Positions 27,290 to 39,967 of a stretch of 64,000 nucleotides of DNA are shown here, one piece after another. Every line of letters starts with the position of its first letter. Position 1 is the stretch's first letter. The stretch is taken from contig NC_083776.1 of the NCBI RefSeq assembly GCF_963514075.1, positions 18,886,415 to 18,950,414 on the forward strand, read 5' to 3'. This DNA comes from Conger conger (taxonomy: Eukaryota). Made by a program: the position numbers and the translations under genes. A model generated the notes under the pieces. That model worked only from the letters and a program-made list of their open reading frames with translations. It was not told the DNA's origin and ran no database searches.

Positions 27290-27369
27290 TCTGTATGTGT
27301 ATATATCTGTACACATACAAACACACAGACACAGACACACACACACAGACACACAGACACACACACACA

Positions 27370-27415
<46 letters not shown>

Positions 27416-27425
27416 CTCACACACA
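27290..27425. repeat. (CA)n / (CAGA) compound microsatellite.
   Basis: Direct reading. Confidence 0.9.
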
Positions 27426-27934
27426 TATTCTCACTCACTCGCTCTGCCTCATTCACTCAGACATACAAACAAACAAATATAAATAACATAGGCGACTATG
27501 ATGAATCATATTCCAAAAATGAAAATGAAAAAATGCCTGTGATATATCAGCCAAATGGAATGGAATAGTCTGAACTGAACTGTACTTTAAGGTGAATTCT
27601 CCTTAAATTTGGGAACTTTTGGGAAGAATGAACCAAAAATGTGGAGCCAAAATAAATAATAAAATCAGAGTGGCTTATGCAGAAGAAAACATTTATGTGT
27701 ATTCTATCACCGGTGATACTAGCATTCTTTCACACACAGATTTAAGGAATTTGTATGAATTAATGGCAGAGCAAATTAATGGGACAGGGTTAAATTCAGT
27801 AGCAAATGGAATCAGAAACTGGCAGTGGGTACAGCTGCAGTGGAGGTCAGAGAAATAACATCACATAATGGCAAGAACAGGCCATTCAACTCAGCAATGC
27901 TCGCCTTTTCCCTACTGCTTAGTTTGCCTAAAAG

Positions 27935-28050
27935 CTACATTGTATGCAACACCAGATCAAGCCTGTGTGGCAAGTAGACTTAAGGTTGCAAGTTCCATTC
28001 CCAGTAGGGACACTGCAGTTAGTAAAACACTTGTAGACTCATGTCGATTT
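27935..28050 (+). mobile_element. tRNA-derived SINE fragment with the B-box-like AAGGTTGCAAGTTCCATTCCCAG...GACACTGCAGTT. A second copy sits at about 57835-57905.
   Basis: Shared block aaggttgcaRgttccattcccagRtagggacactgcWgtt in two places. Confidence 0.45.
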
Positions 28051-29002
28051 GACTGAAAACAAAAGGATGTCACCTTAAAGACAGCATGGAATCTATATGG
28101 CGGTTAAGTAACTATATTTTTGAGGACTTAAAAATAATGCTGAATTATAATAATGAATATAAAAATAATGTTGTGGTTGCAATTATGAAAGGCAGAATTG
28201 TCCTTATGTACTGTAGTTAGTTTTTAATCAAATTGGAGAAATTATCCAGCTTTTTTTTTTGGTCTAAGAAAGCTAGCCAAAACACGATAAAATCTTAAAC
28301 AAAAGCATACCAACAAGTGTTGTAAGGCAAATGTCATTAAAACATTTTAAAATAAATAAATAAAATATAAATAACATTTATCCATGCCTCGGTCTACATT
28401 ATTGCTTAATAAACATAAATGTGAACACTGTTCAGGGGAGGGAAAAGGATTAAGTAAGGACAAACTAACCTATCAAAGTTCATTCGTAAAAGAAACACTA
28501 AAAGCAGAGTAACTATGAAAATCAACAGGTGCTAAACTTGTCAAAAAGCTTCCATATATACCTCATGAACTAACTGGTACAAAGTTCAGATGGGATGACA
28601 AAAGATATTTGTGCTAATTATTAGTTCTGAAGGTACTCACACATATAAAGAATAAAAACAAAAAATATTGAAACACTGAGGTTCAAAGGATTAACATGGT
28701 GGTTGAATGTGACACTTGGCAGTTGTCTTTAGCCAGCTAACTTGGTATAACTATCGATAGCTAAGTTAAGGACTTATTCAATAATCATTTTTGCAAGCTA
28801 GCCAAGTTAAGATAAAAGCTAAACTATAACATCCTTATGAAAGCAAACTAGCTAGCTATCTAAATTAATATAACCAGAAATAGTCTTAAAGGGCAGTTTA
28901 ATTCAAGTGAACCTAAATGTTAGTAAAATATTTGCATCGTCTTGCCTGTAGGCCAGTGGCGCAAACTGTATGGATAGAGGAGTGGTTATCCTTGTGTGAT
29001 GC

Positions 29003-29231
29003 ACTACATTACATTACATTAATGGCATTTGTTAGACGCTCTTATCCAGAGCGACATACAATTGATTAGGCTAAGCAATCCTCCCCTGAAGCAATGCAGG
29101 GTTAAGGGCACTGCTCAAGGGCCCAACGGCTGTGCGGATCTTATTGTGGCTATTGAGGCTTATTGTAGGATTAGAACCACTGACCTTGTGTGTCCCAGTC
29201 ATTTACCTTAACCACTACGCTACAGGCCACT
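29003..29231 (-). mobile_element. tRNA-derived SINE, minus orientation. The 5' tRNA-like head has A box TAGCGTAGTGGTTAAGG and B box GGTTCTAATCC, then a central ...GTCGCTCTGGATAAGAGCGTCT... block and a (TAATG)n tail. It is inserted into a copy of another interspersed repeat.
   Basis: Compared with its uninterrupted paralogous repeat at 20775-21000, the flanks (ggagtggttatcMttgtgtgaYgca ... cattcccaatcggtt) are split by exactly this element. Confidence 0.7.
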
Positions 29232-31295
29232 ACAAGGAGAACATTCCCAATCGGTTAATATAACACGCCTACTCCTCCAAAACTAAAGAACTGACATATT
29301 TAATACTTTCATTGTGTTTCTTCAATGCCCTCTTGTGTAAACAGCACATAAAAGCCTAGCGAGTGTGACCAACCACCATTTTAATCCTTTAATTGAATGA
29401 TTATGGTATTACTGTCTGCAATGTGTTCATTAGCTCTCACGAGACATTAAATCAACTAAATATAAATTTCCCCCATTTGATAAAGAATTAATTAACTAAT
29501 TATATACAGTATATTGAATCGATGGGAAAGATGGGAAATCTGAGAGGATTGGGAATTTGTGAATCAGGGACCAAACATAATTCAAGTAAATCAAAGGACC
29601 AGAATATAATATGACATACAGTATAATCCTATATAATAATTGGCAAACTCAGAAATAAGGCCAATTCTCAAATATAGCCAGCTACAGGCTCAAAAGTAAA
29701 AGAAAAATGCATTCCTACATATAGAGTTTGTACTTCACGTTAAGAATGTGAAACATGGCAGACAAAACCAAATTTTTACTCTCAACAGGCTGACTGAACT
29801 GAACACACCTTTAAGGATCCAATTCCCATTGTTGCACTTTGCCCATAAAAATCACCAAAACATATTATTTCTGGCTGAAAATTCCCTGTATAAAATAGTT
29901 GGCAAGTGCTATGTAGTTGAAGAAAATTAGTTTTACAGTAAAGATTAATACACTAGCATGTTGGGGGTACATTTTCATGGTAAATATGCCATTTCTGTTA
30001 TTAAATCTGGTAGCTCATTGACTTGTAAATATATGCATTTCATCAAGCCATGGAAGCACTTAACTATTACAACTGATTTAGCAATTTATATCGATTGCAT
30101 ATTTACAATAAATTTTAAATCATTTGACAGTGATCAAAGATTTTTTTCCATCACCACAAATGTTTAAGAATAATTTCATATTGCAGAAAATGTGGCTTTA
30201 CATTACATATACCTACCACATCAATACTTAACTTACAAATCAAAATGTAGACTTGTGAATGCAATTATCAGTTCTGATATAAACTCTTAAGTATGCATCA
30301 CTTTTCAACCTTGCCTAAATCAGCATACTACAATATTATTTTTATACTAATTTGTCCCATTCTGTGAAATAAAATAAATATGAGCGACCTAGCAGCATTT
30401 CACTTGTGTAGCCAACTATGCAATTAATTATATGCAGCGAACAGATTTTCAGCTAACTCTACATAACATAGAACTCCTGCTAGCAGGAAGAACTGAGAAC
30501 TGAGGTAGCTTCAGCAACATGGACATCAGTCAGTATCTTAATGTAAAAAAAGAAGGCCTTTTTTTTATTTATTTTTATACCCAATGGCCTTCAATGCGGG
30601 GCTGAGGATGTCCCAATTCCACCCCAATTTGGAATGTCCAATTAACCATTTGCATTGATGTGGAAAACCTACAGCCAATTCAGGAGAGAGGATGTCCCTG
30701 GTCCTCCGCTGAAGCATGTGGAATCATAGCCTGCACTGTTCCACACCACTGACTACAGCCAAGCTCCCACAGAGTGGAGTCAGAGGAAGACCTTTCATAT
30801 GAGGCTTTGGCACTCGACTGGCCAGTGGGGGGAGCTAGAGAGCGATGAAATGTGGATCTCTAAGTGACTGAGCCCTCCGGTACTCTGGGTGACACAAATC
30901 ACCAATTGTGCATCGCCCTGTGGAGCTAACAGTCACAGACTGGGATTTGATGCGAAGCAGCAAGGCTCGTCCAACATGGAGCCCTAACTTAAGAGCAACC
31001 CAGCAGCCATGATTTGTTTTTCAGCTTTAAAACAGATTACTATTACACTATTTTTATAGGGATGGGCATTTTCAGTATTTTCATGGTTTGGTTAACTGAT
31101 TGATTAACCTGTTAAAAATATCACATAATAGGCTCCAATAGGCTGGAACACAGCCCAAACAATAAAAATCAGTCTAACCATTAGTTAGATACTTTACTGC
31201 ACAAAAGGGGCATCCATTTGTGACAAGTGGCGATTGCATGAATATGGCAACTATAAACATCAATACCAAGATTTTCAGCAATAGGCTACTCGCTG

Positions 31296-31425
31296 AACAG
31301 CAGAGGACACTACCTGAGGAACAGCAGAGGACACTACCTGAGGAACAGCAGAGGACACTACCTGAGGAACAGCAGAGGACACTACCTGAGGAACAGCAGA
31401 GGACACTACCTGAGGAACAGCAGGG
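31296..31425. repeat. 24 bp tandem repeat x 5.5 (cctgaggaacagcagaggacacta).
   Basis: Direct reading. The ORF track shows periodic peptides. Confidence 0.9.
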
Positions 31426-34400
31426 AACAACATCGTCAGCCTGTAGACAGAGCAAGTAAGCAATCTGCGCTTGTTTCTTCTTTATTTTTTGTTGGTCATT
31501 TTGGTTAACCGGTTAATCAACGAACCTTGCCCTTCCCAATTCCCAGATATACAAGCTTTTATAGGTGGATATAAATTTATTCTCTTTAGCTTTATTTTCC
31601 GCTCCTTCCTGCAGTGCCTTTCACAGTCTGGATTAACGGGTTACCATGCAGGTAACATTAAAACCTTCAAGGGAGCAGCAGGTGTACCATCTATCCCATA
31701 GTGCACCAGTGCACAGAAGGACAAGTATTACGGTCCGATACTGGCCTCTTAGGAACAATGTGGGAACATGGGAAATGTAGGCAAATGTAGCTGGTAGAGA
31801 CCAAAGTCCATCAAACAATACTGAAAAGAGCATGGTTGGAACCAAGGTAATGGAAAAATGGCATTTTCCCCTCTCAATAGACCAATCATCGACATACTGG
31901 ATATTACTGAAAATGTACCACTATGAGTACTGCATGTTCTGTAATTACGGCAGCATGTAGCTTTCTACGACATTTCAGCTGGTCTTCTGCCTTTTGTCTT
32001 TAAACACATAATGAAGAGGGGAAGAAAAGGTAGTCAGGTTAATGTGAACAACCATTGCAAACATTTTACACATATAACCATACAACAGCAGCATGTCTAA
32101 GTTCATTCAAATGCTGACAGTAAAAAGATAAAGTTGCTCAACCAAAACACAGCAAGCAAAAGGGATGTAAGCATCATCCAAAGCCCAATACTGACCAAAG
32201 ATTCACAACGTGATGAGCTGCAACTGTAGACACTTCTAAAACTCGCCACCTGTGATTAATGGCTAGCACTGGCTTCAGACGTTCTGAGACGGGTAGTACA
32301 CACTGCGTCAACTGCTCTCATCAACTTTCTGAAACTGTTTCATCACACTGTGAATCTTTGGTCTGAGCTGGGCTTTAAATTCATCAAGGCTTCCAATAAA
32401 ATACTCCTCCAAACACAAGCCTAGCAAAAATATATACATTGAGGTAAATACGACTTAAATAAATTCTATGTATTTTCCACTACGGACATAACTTGAATCT
32501 TCAGTTTGAGGCCAGAGACTAGTTTGAAATATTAAGGTACAGTGCGGAGTAATGTCCCCATTCATTGTGATGGAGGGGGAATACGTACGTAAAATAGTTT
32601 TACACAGTTTTGATAAACTTGGCCAGTACCATCTGGAAAAATGCATGGCAATGCACATGGTCCCTTTACTGCGTAGCACAATATTTAAAAATGGGAACAG
32701 GACTTGCAAAGGGCTCAAATTACAATGACATGATCTGAAAATATAATATTATTAGAAGTACCATGTTAAATTGACCAGTACTTTCATAATAAGGATACTG
32801 GCACTTATAAATAAATAAAATAAAATGGTGGCACCTGCTGCATAATCAAAACATTATGGACAAGAAGGCATCATATTGAAATGCTACAAATAAGATTCAT
32901 TTGGGCATGTTAAAGGCATGTATGGCATTATTCGGAGATTTTTAACCAGGCCAGGAACTGAAATTCCCCAATAGACATATTTTGGTATATGTTGATACAC
33001 TTGGGCTTTTTAGGTCTGACATTTGATAGAAAATACTTATATCATTTCATTTGTATTCGGCTTGAAAATTGGGTACCTTGAATTCTTAAATCTATAATTT
33101 TACACCATTATGAAAAATTAGCTGGAAACTAGAGGAGAACCTCTCATTTGAAATACATCTAATGCTGGAGAAAAGAGAAACCAGAGCTGGATTAGGATTC
33201 GAGGGGCCAGATTCGATGATCCCCGTCATACAGATTAGCAAGACCGTTTATTTTTTCAAAACACTACAGACCATTCTGCCTCACCGAGGATACTAAATTG
33301 CAAGAAGCATCCACACAAAAAAAGAAATATACCCATTCACCCCAAACATTGTAGTGCTACCATTACACTGCAGAGGCGTTTTGTGAACCTGCCCATTATC
33401 AAAGAGCGTTTTCAGTATCTGCTCCACGATCAACTGTCCCTGAAAACCCACAGAACTTCCATAACAATTGTGAAGTGTGGTCACAATTTATGATGTTAAA
33501 GCACAGAACTGCGTACAGAAGGTAAGATGTAATGAACAGACATACCCATAAGAATTGTGTGTACCTAAAGTTGACAGCTCTAAGTAAACATAAACAAATA
33601 AAGCTGCTTATGCTCTAAAAAATAAAAGCATAATTTAAAACGACTGACGAAGATGAGCAAAAGGTGGAAACACGCTGGTCAGACGGTGAGTTTAAAGGCA
33701 CCGTGGGATGGTTCTCATGAGGAGTCACAGCATCAGTTAGGGAACACTGAAAAGGGAGCAGCAGTGAGCAGGGTGCTTCCTACTTCCCAGCTCAACATGT
33801 ACTGTTAAGGCCTGCTGTTCACTGATTTAGGTCAGCGGTCAGCAGTCATGTCAGCCTTCGCCAAAAGCTGCTTTCTGACAGATACCCAGTCATAGGGAGT
33901 GTCAAGGAACATTACCATCAAGAGACTTTTCCCCATTCGTTTGGAGCCTATAACCATGAAGCTGCCATTTTGCGAGCAGATGTGCAAAGCATGGAACTCA
34001 TCTGTTTTTTGTTTTTTGCATAAATTAAAGAGGGATAGAGCCTAACCAGAGACATTGGGTGGTGATTAAGTGTCCAGACAGACATTGTTCAAGACTCTAT
34101 AATTATCTGCGACAGTTACGGTCCTCTTATTGGATATTCCACGAGAGTCAGCTCTGTCAGAGACATTGACATCAGGACACAAACACAGACATAAAAGAGA
34201 AACACTCAGTGAAGCAGAACAGGAAGCGCAGCCTTCGGTAGTACTGAACGCACAAAGAAGAAACAGCATTCGCAGCACAGATCAGTTACTGAATGATGCA
34301 GTGGATATTTTATGGAGCCAGAATAACCAAACGCTTGCCGACATTCTGCAAGTACTACAAACCTGTCTACTGAACCAATATGAAGGTTTCTGTAATTAGC

Positions 34401-35256
34401 ATGTAAATGTTATATGGCAGGTTAAATGTTATAACAGGACGAACGGTCACAATGTACGCTGTCATCAAGATGCCGTTTTACTGTGATATTCCGTAGGGCT
34501 AAGAGCAGTTTTGAAAACATGCCATGTTCTGTAGGTTACAGGCTGCTGTGGGAGGATAAATGCTTTAGCCAAGCTCTGCTAACATAGAGAAAAGAAAGTC
34601 ACAGTAGCACAGACAGTCTCGCCAGCATTTTTGGCATTACTACAGCACCTATCATGATTCCAGAATTCCTAGAGTGAGCGGTAGAGAGGGCAGCTTCAGC
34701 TGCAGATTCCACTAACTTGGCTCAGCCACTCATTGATAAACTTGGTATGCTGAACTGCATTAATGGCAGTTTTACTTTGTCATGTCTCGTCGCACGATGC
34801 CTGTGCCATTTCCATGAACCCATAATCCTGTGTTTTGAAACTCCCTTTACAGTTTGTATATAAGAAAATGAAAAAAATACATAAAACAGGCGCACAAAAT
34901 GTATGCGCTTCAGTAATAAAAAATAAAAAAGGGCATTCAGAAACCGACCCAGTCCTTAAGGACTTGTGACAAAAGACAGAGGCAGAGAAAACGGTGTACT
35001 TGTTCCTTTCGAAGTGCGCACTTTAACCCTTTCAGTCATCAACCGAAACTACGGTAAAACTTCACACATTTCCAACCAAACAAAATGACTGCTACACTAT
35101 TGTTTTGAGCCCCAATTAAAACTTTACTAAAGCTCCCCTACTAAACTTCCTCAATATTCCCCCCTCTGGGATTGGGGAGGAGCCGCTGGGGTAATGGGAG
35201 TGTGCTCCGTGGGGCGCTCGGTGCGGCGGGTTTGCACTGCGCAGTGCTGTACTCAC

Positions 35257-35362
35257 GCTGTCCATGTAGTTGGGCTTGAAGGCGTCGGGCTGCCGTCTCA
35301 TCTCCTCCTGCTCCCGGTGCCGCATCATGTCCTCCTCCCGCCGCCTGCGCTCCTCCTCGTGC
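35257..35362 (-). CDS. pspc1: pspc1 exon 6 (R)[35 protein letters not shown], the DBHS coiled-coil region.
   Basis: Anchored to ORF 35116..35436(-). Acceptor ccccctcag| and donor GACAGC|gtgagt. 106 nt. Matches PSPC1 [35 protein letters not shown]. Confidence 0.85.
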
Positions 35363-36724
35363 CTGAGGGGGGGATCAGCGCCGTGGCAACGGTCAGGAAA
35401 CAGCCGACGACAACCCGCATGACACAGGGGTGTCAAACTCTAATCCTGCAGGGCCGCAGTGCCTGCTGCTGTTCCCCCTGCTGTACGTTTCAGCATGAAT
35501 GATTTTTCATGGAAACCTCTGCCATTCACATAATTCTTACTGAATTTACTTATTGGATTATGAATATATGGTCACATGGTTGCAGCTGTTTACATTTCAG
35601 TGCAGACATAACTAGAAATTGAATAAGAGCTGACTGATATTTCAATATTTAAAATGCCTCATTGTGCAGCTTGTTGCAGCCTCGAGCAGGCCAAGAACAA
35701 TATAGATCAGTATAGAAAGCCAAGTCAGAGCTTTGACAGAGACTGCCATCACTTAGGGTCGTTTCAGAAAGAACCCAAACTTAATGATGACTGGGTTAAA
35801 GCTGTAGGATGAACATCGCTACCAAAAGATGCTTGCCTGTGCAGCCAACACTTCACCTCAATTTGACCTTACGTTATACTGGTGCAACAGGCTGCTGGCT
35901 CTCAAGGCCTTAATAGGCTCCTGATTAAAAGGAAACCACAAATACCTGCCATCCAGGACTGGAGTTTGACACCAATGGAGTAACAGAATTCAAGCATTCA
36001 ATAACTCCTCCGTTCTTTAACTCTCCCCGTGCCCACCTGACATGTCCAGTGAACCGGTGAGATTAGGGGTTCCCCAACGTTTTTCTGATGCAACCGCAAA
36101 TTAATGTTCACAAATGTACGCGACCCCAACACCCCACCCACGCATGTCTTGTGCCTAACAACACTGTTTATCCATGAATATACTGCGTAACTCTCGTACC
36201 TCTTTGCTTAATTACAGTTGGGTTGTTGTGACATTCAACATGCAGTAGCCTAAATTTGCATAATTTAAAGATACAATAGGTAATTTCTGACTTCTAACAG
36301 ACACTGTTTATCCTTCCCCCTCCTCTGTGAATGCTCGGACTTGAAACACCATTGGCTGTGGCAATTTGAACCAATTTTTAACCAATGAGCTTGAATTATT
36401 ATACATCTATACAATGTTTTGGTATAGAGTGCCGGCCCGTCGACTGTATATTTTGAACACTGAATTTCAGGACTATGAACACAGGCAGAGGGCGAGTCAA
36501 CATGTCAGTGAGCCTTTTTCAATGATAGGAAGGGATTTACACTGGTCTTGTAACAATGTTTTAACACAAAAATCTTACCTATTGTACCTTTAAGGGACAA
36601 AAAAGGTATTTTCTTTTTCCCCCAAAAAAACTTTCAAGCAACCCAATCCTCAAATCAGGTGACCCCACATGGGGTCATGTCCGACCCTCTAGGAACCCCT
36701 TGGGTTAGATGTTCGGTGGCGTAC

Positions 36725-36809
36725 CTCATTTCGATATGCTTTCTCTTCTGGAGCTCCTGGTTCCTCAGCTCCTCCAGACGCCTCAGTTCCTCCTGACGCC
36801 TCATTAGAT
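36725..36809 (-). CDS. pspc1: pspc1 exon 5 ([29 protein letters not shown]).
   Basis: Acceptor ctcacccgcag| and donor GAAATGAG|gtacgcc on the minus strand. 85 nt, with phases linking exon 4 (ends +1) to exon 6. Identical to PSPC1 [29 protein letters not shown] over most positions. Confidence 0.8.
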
Positions 36810-36964
36810 CTGCGGGTGAGAGCAAAGAAACGCATCGTCACAAGAGAACATAAAACAATTTGCCTCATTCCACAATAATATTAGGCCCAAAAAAGCCAAA
36901 CCAGTTGCAGCTGTGCAAAGCCATAGAGTTGAGTTAGTGTAGCTCTATGGGGCTGTCATGAATC

Positions 36965-38880
36965 ATGGTGCTTTATATATAAATTACATGAAGCTCTATG
37001 GTGCTCTAGACAAAGATCTATGGTGTTGCATATACATCAGCTGATGCTCTATGGTACTGAAATTAATCAGGTGAAGCTCTATGGTGCTGCAATGAATCAG
37101 GTGAAACTCTGGTGCTGTAATGAATCGGGTGAAACTCTATGGTGCTGTAATGAATCGGGTGAAACTCTATGGTGCTGTAATGAATCGGGTGAAACTCTAT
37201 GGTGCTGTAATGAATCGGGTGAAACTCTATGGTGCTGTAATGAATTGGGTGAAACTCTATGGTGCTGTAATGAATCGGGTGAAACTCTATGGTGCGGTAA
37301 TGAATCAGGTGAAACTATGGTGCTGTAATGAATCAGGTGAAACTCTATGGTGCTGTAATGAATCAGGTGAAGCTCTATGGTGCTGTAATAAATCAGGTGA
37401 AACTATGGTGCGGTAATGAATCAGGTGAAACGCTATGGTGCGGTAATGAATCAGGTGAAACTCTATGGTGCTGTAATGAATCAGGTGAAGCTCTATGGTG
37501 CTGTAATGAATCAGATGAAGCTCTATGGTGCTGTAATGAATCAGGTGAAACGCTATGGTGCGGTAATGAATCAGGTGAAACTCTATGGTGCTGTAATGAA
37601 TCAGGTGAAGATCTATGGTGCTGTAATGAATCAGATGAAGCTCTATGGTGCTGTAATGAATCAGGTGAAGCTCTGGTGCTGTAATGAATCAGGTGAAACT
37701 CTGGTGCTGTAATGAATCAGGTGAAGATCTATGGTGCTGTAATGAATCGGGTGAAACTCTATGGTGCTGTAATGAATCAGGTGAAGCTCTATGGTGCTGT
37801 AATGAATCAGATGAAGCTCTATGGTGCTGTAATGAATCAGGTGAAGCTCTGGTGCTGTAATGAATCAGGTGAAACTCTGGTGCTGTAATGAATCAGGTGA
37901 AGATCTATGGTGCTGTAATGAATCGGGTGAAACTCTATGGTGCTGTAATGAATCAGGTGAAACTCTGGTGCTGTAATGAATCAGGTGAAGATCTATGGTG
38001 CTGTAATGAATCAGGTGAAACTCTATGGTGCTGTAATGAATCAGGTGAAGCTCTATGGTGCTGTAATAAATCAGGTGAAGCTCTATGGTGCTGTAATGAA
38101 TCAGGTGAAGCTCTGGTGCTGTAATGAATCAGGTGAAACTCTGGTGCTGTAATGAATCAGGTGAAGATCTATGGTGCTGTAATGAATCAGGTGAAACTCT
38201 ATGGTGCTGTAATGAATCAGGTGAAGCTCTATGGTGCTGTAATAAATCAGGTGAAACTATGGCGCGGTAATGAATCAGGTGAAACGCTATGGTGCGGTAA
38301 TGAATCAGGTGAAACTCTATGGTGCTGTAATGAATCAGGTGAAGCTCTATGGTGCTGTAATGAATCAGGTGAAGCTCTATGGTGCTGTAATGAATCAGAT
38401 GAAGCTCTATGGTGCTGTAATGAATCAGGTGAAGCTCTGGTGCTGTAATGAATCAGGTGAAACTCTGGTGCTGTAATGAATCAGGTGAAGATCTATGGTG
38501 CTGTAATGAATCAGGTGAAACTCTATGGTGCTGTAATGAATCAGGTGAAGCTCTATGGTGCTGTAATAAATCAGGTGAAACTATGGTGCGGTAATGAATC
38601 AGGTGAAACGCTATGGTGCGGTAATGAATCAGGTGAAACTCTATGGTGCTGTAATGAATCAGGTGAAGCTCTATGGTGCTGTAATGAATCAGATGAAGCT
38701 CTATGGTGCTGTAATGAATCAGGTGAAGCTCTGGTGCTGTAATGAATCAGGTGAAACTCTGGTGCTGTAATGAATCAGGTGAAGATCTATGGTGCTGTAA
38801 TGAATCGGGTGAAACTCTATGGTGCTGTAATGAATCCGGTGAAGCTCTATGGTGCTGTAATGAATCAGATGAAGCTCGAT
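36965..38880. repeat. Minisatellite, ~30 bp unit (ctatggtgctgtaatgaatcaggtgaaRct), ~60+ copies over ~1.9 kb. It lies in pspc1 intron 4 and ends 35-50 bp from the exon-4 splice donor at 38930.
   Basis: Direct reading. Many overlapping ORF-track entries at 37020..38742 carry periodic peptides (MNQVKLYGAV...). Confidence 0.95.
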
Positions 38881-38930
38881 GGTGCTGCATATGAAACAGG
38901 CGTAGAGCGTGGTTTTGCACAGCACTTCAC

Positions 38931-39127
38931 CTTGTCTCATCATCATGAGCTGGTGTTCGTGTCGTGCGGCCTCCATCTCAGCCTCCAGCTTCTCTTTGGC
39001 CTCGCGGATGTTCCGGTCCACCTGGTCCCGCTGCTGTTTCTCCATCTCATCCAGGGCCTTCCAGCGTGAGGAGTACTCAAACTCAAAGGTCCCGGGCTGG
39101 GCGAAGCGAGGGGGGTGCTCCCTCTCC
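38931..39127 (-). CDS. pspc1: pspc1 exon 4 ([65 protein letters not shown]), the NOPS/coiled-coil region.
   Basis: Anchored to ORF 38719..39138(-). Acceptor gtgcttttcag| and donor CAAG|gtgaag. 197 nt. Near-identical to human PSPC1 [65 protein letters not shown]. Confidence 0.9.
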
Positions 39128-39710
39128 CTGAAAAGCACACGGTACCTCTGTCAGGCCCTGTTACCCCACATCAGGCCCCGTTAGCCCAAGTCAGGCCCTG
39201 TAACCCCCATGATTTTGATCGCATCATTCTGCCGATTCCGCTCAAATCATTTTAGGGGGGGTCGCAGCCCATAGTTCAACGCCTAAACAGCTGTCACTCT
39301 CATTTTTATGTTCCTGATTTACAGATAAAAGCAACTGATAATAAGGCGCAACACAGGAAGTCCAAATCAGAATATTTAAACCGGAAGATCTAAACCAGAA
39401 AATCTAAAGCAGAAGATCTAAATCAGGAGCCTTTGATCACAGTGGCTGGAGTGGCCCCATATAGAGACCTTAACAATGCGTCTCAGTGGACAATTCTAAA
39501 AAGCAGCTATTAATACATTGAAAACCAGGACATCCAATCAGAATGAAAACATACAAATTAGGCTCAGCAAGTAGCGCCCGCAGCCTTCGTTCTCAAACGG
39601 TGTTTAAACGGTGTTACTTTAAAGAAATACTTCAGGCTAAAACACTTACATCATTCATAAACATTAGCAGCAATGCGAAAAGTAACTGCCTAAATGAATA
39701 ATAGCCTTAC

Positions 39711-39806
39711 TTGTGATACTGTGCAGATTTCTGCAGCAACTTTTCGGGGAGGCCGTCTTCATCATCAAACTGTTCCGTTGGCTCAACGACAGCAGGACGG
39801 GGCGCC
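39711..39806 (-). CDS. pspc1: pspc1 exon 3 (T)[32 protein letters not shown].
   Basis: Frame checked against ORF 39664..39921(-) offsets. Acceptor cccctttcag| and donor CACAA|gtaagg. 96 nt. Matches PSPC1 [32 protein letters not shown]. Confidence 0.85.
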
Positions 39807-39967
39807 CTGAAAGGGGACAGCACTCAGTTTGGACCTTCAATAGCACATAGTAACCTATGTGCACATTATAGTTCATATCCATTTCTAAAAACACAAATAT
39901 ATCTCCACCATTTTGGTCCACAAAATAATCTACTTGTCAAAACAGAATGATGGATTCATGTTAGATA

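Noticed and set aside
29029-29211. ORFs MLDALIQSDIQLIRLSNPPLKQCRVKGTAQGPNGCADLIVA... at 29029..29211 and the near-identical 45892..46110.
   Set aside because: Both are translations of the two copies of the tRNA-derived SINE, not a conserved protein.
37020-38742. A stack of 68-118 aa ORFs with periodic MNQVKLYGAV and [10 protein letters not shown] peptides.
   Set aside because: Translation artefacts of the 30 bp minisatellite, with no start context or homology.
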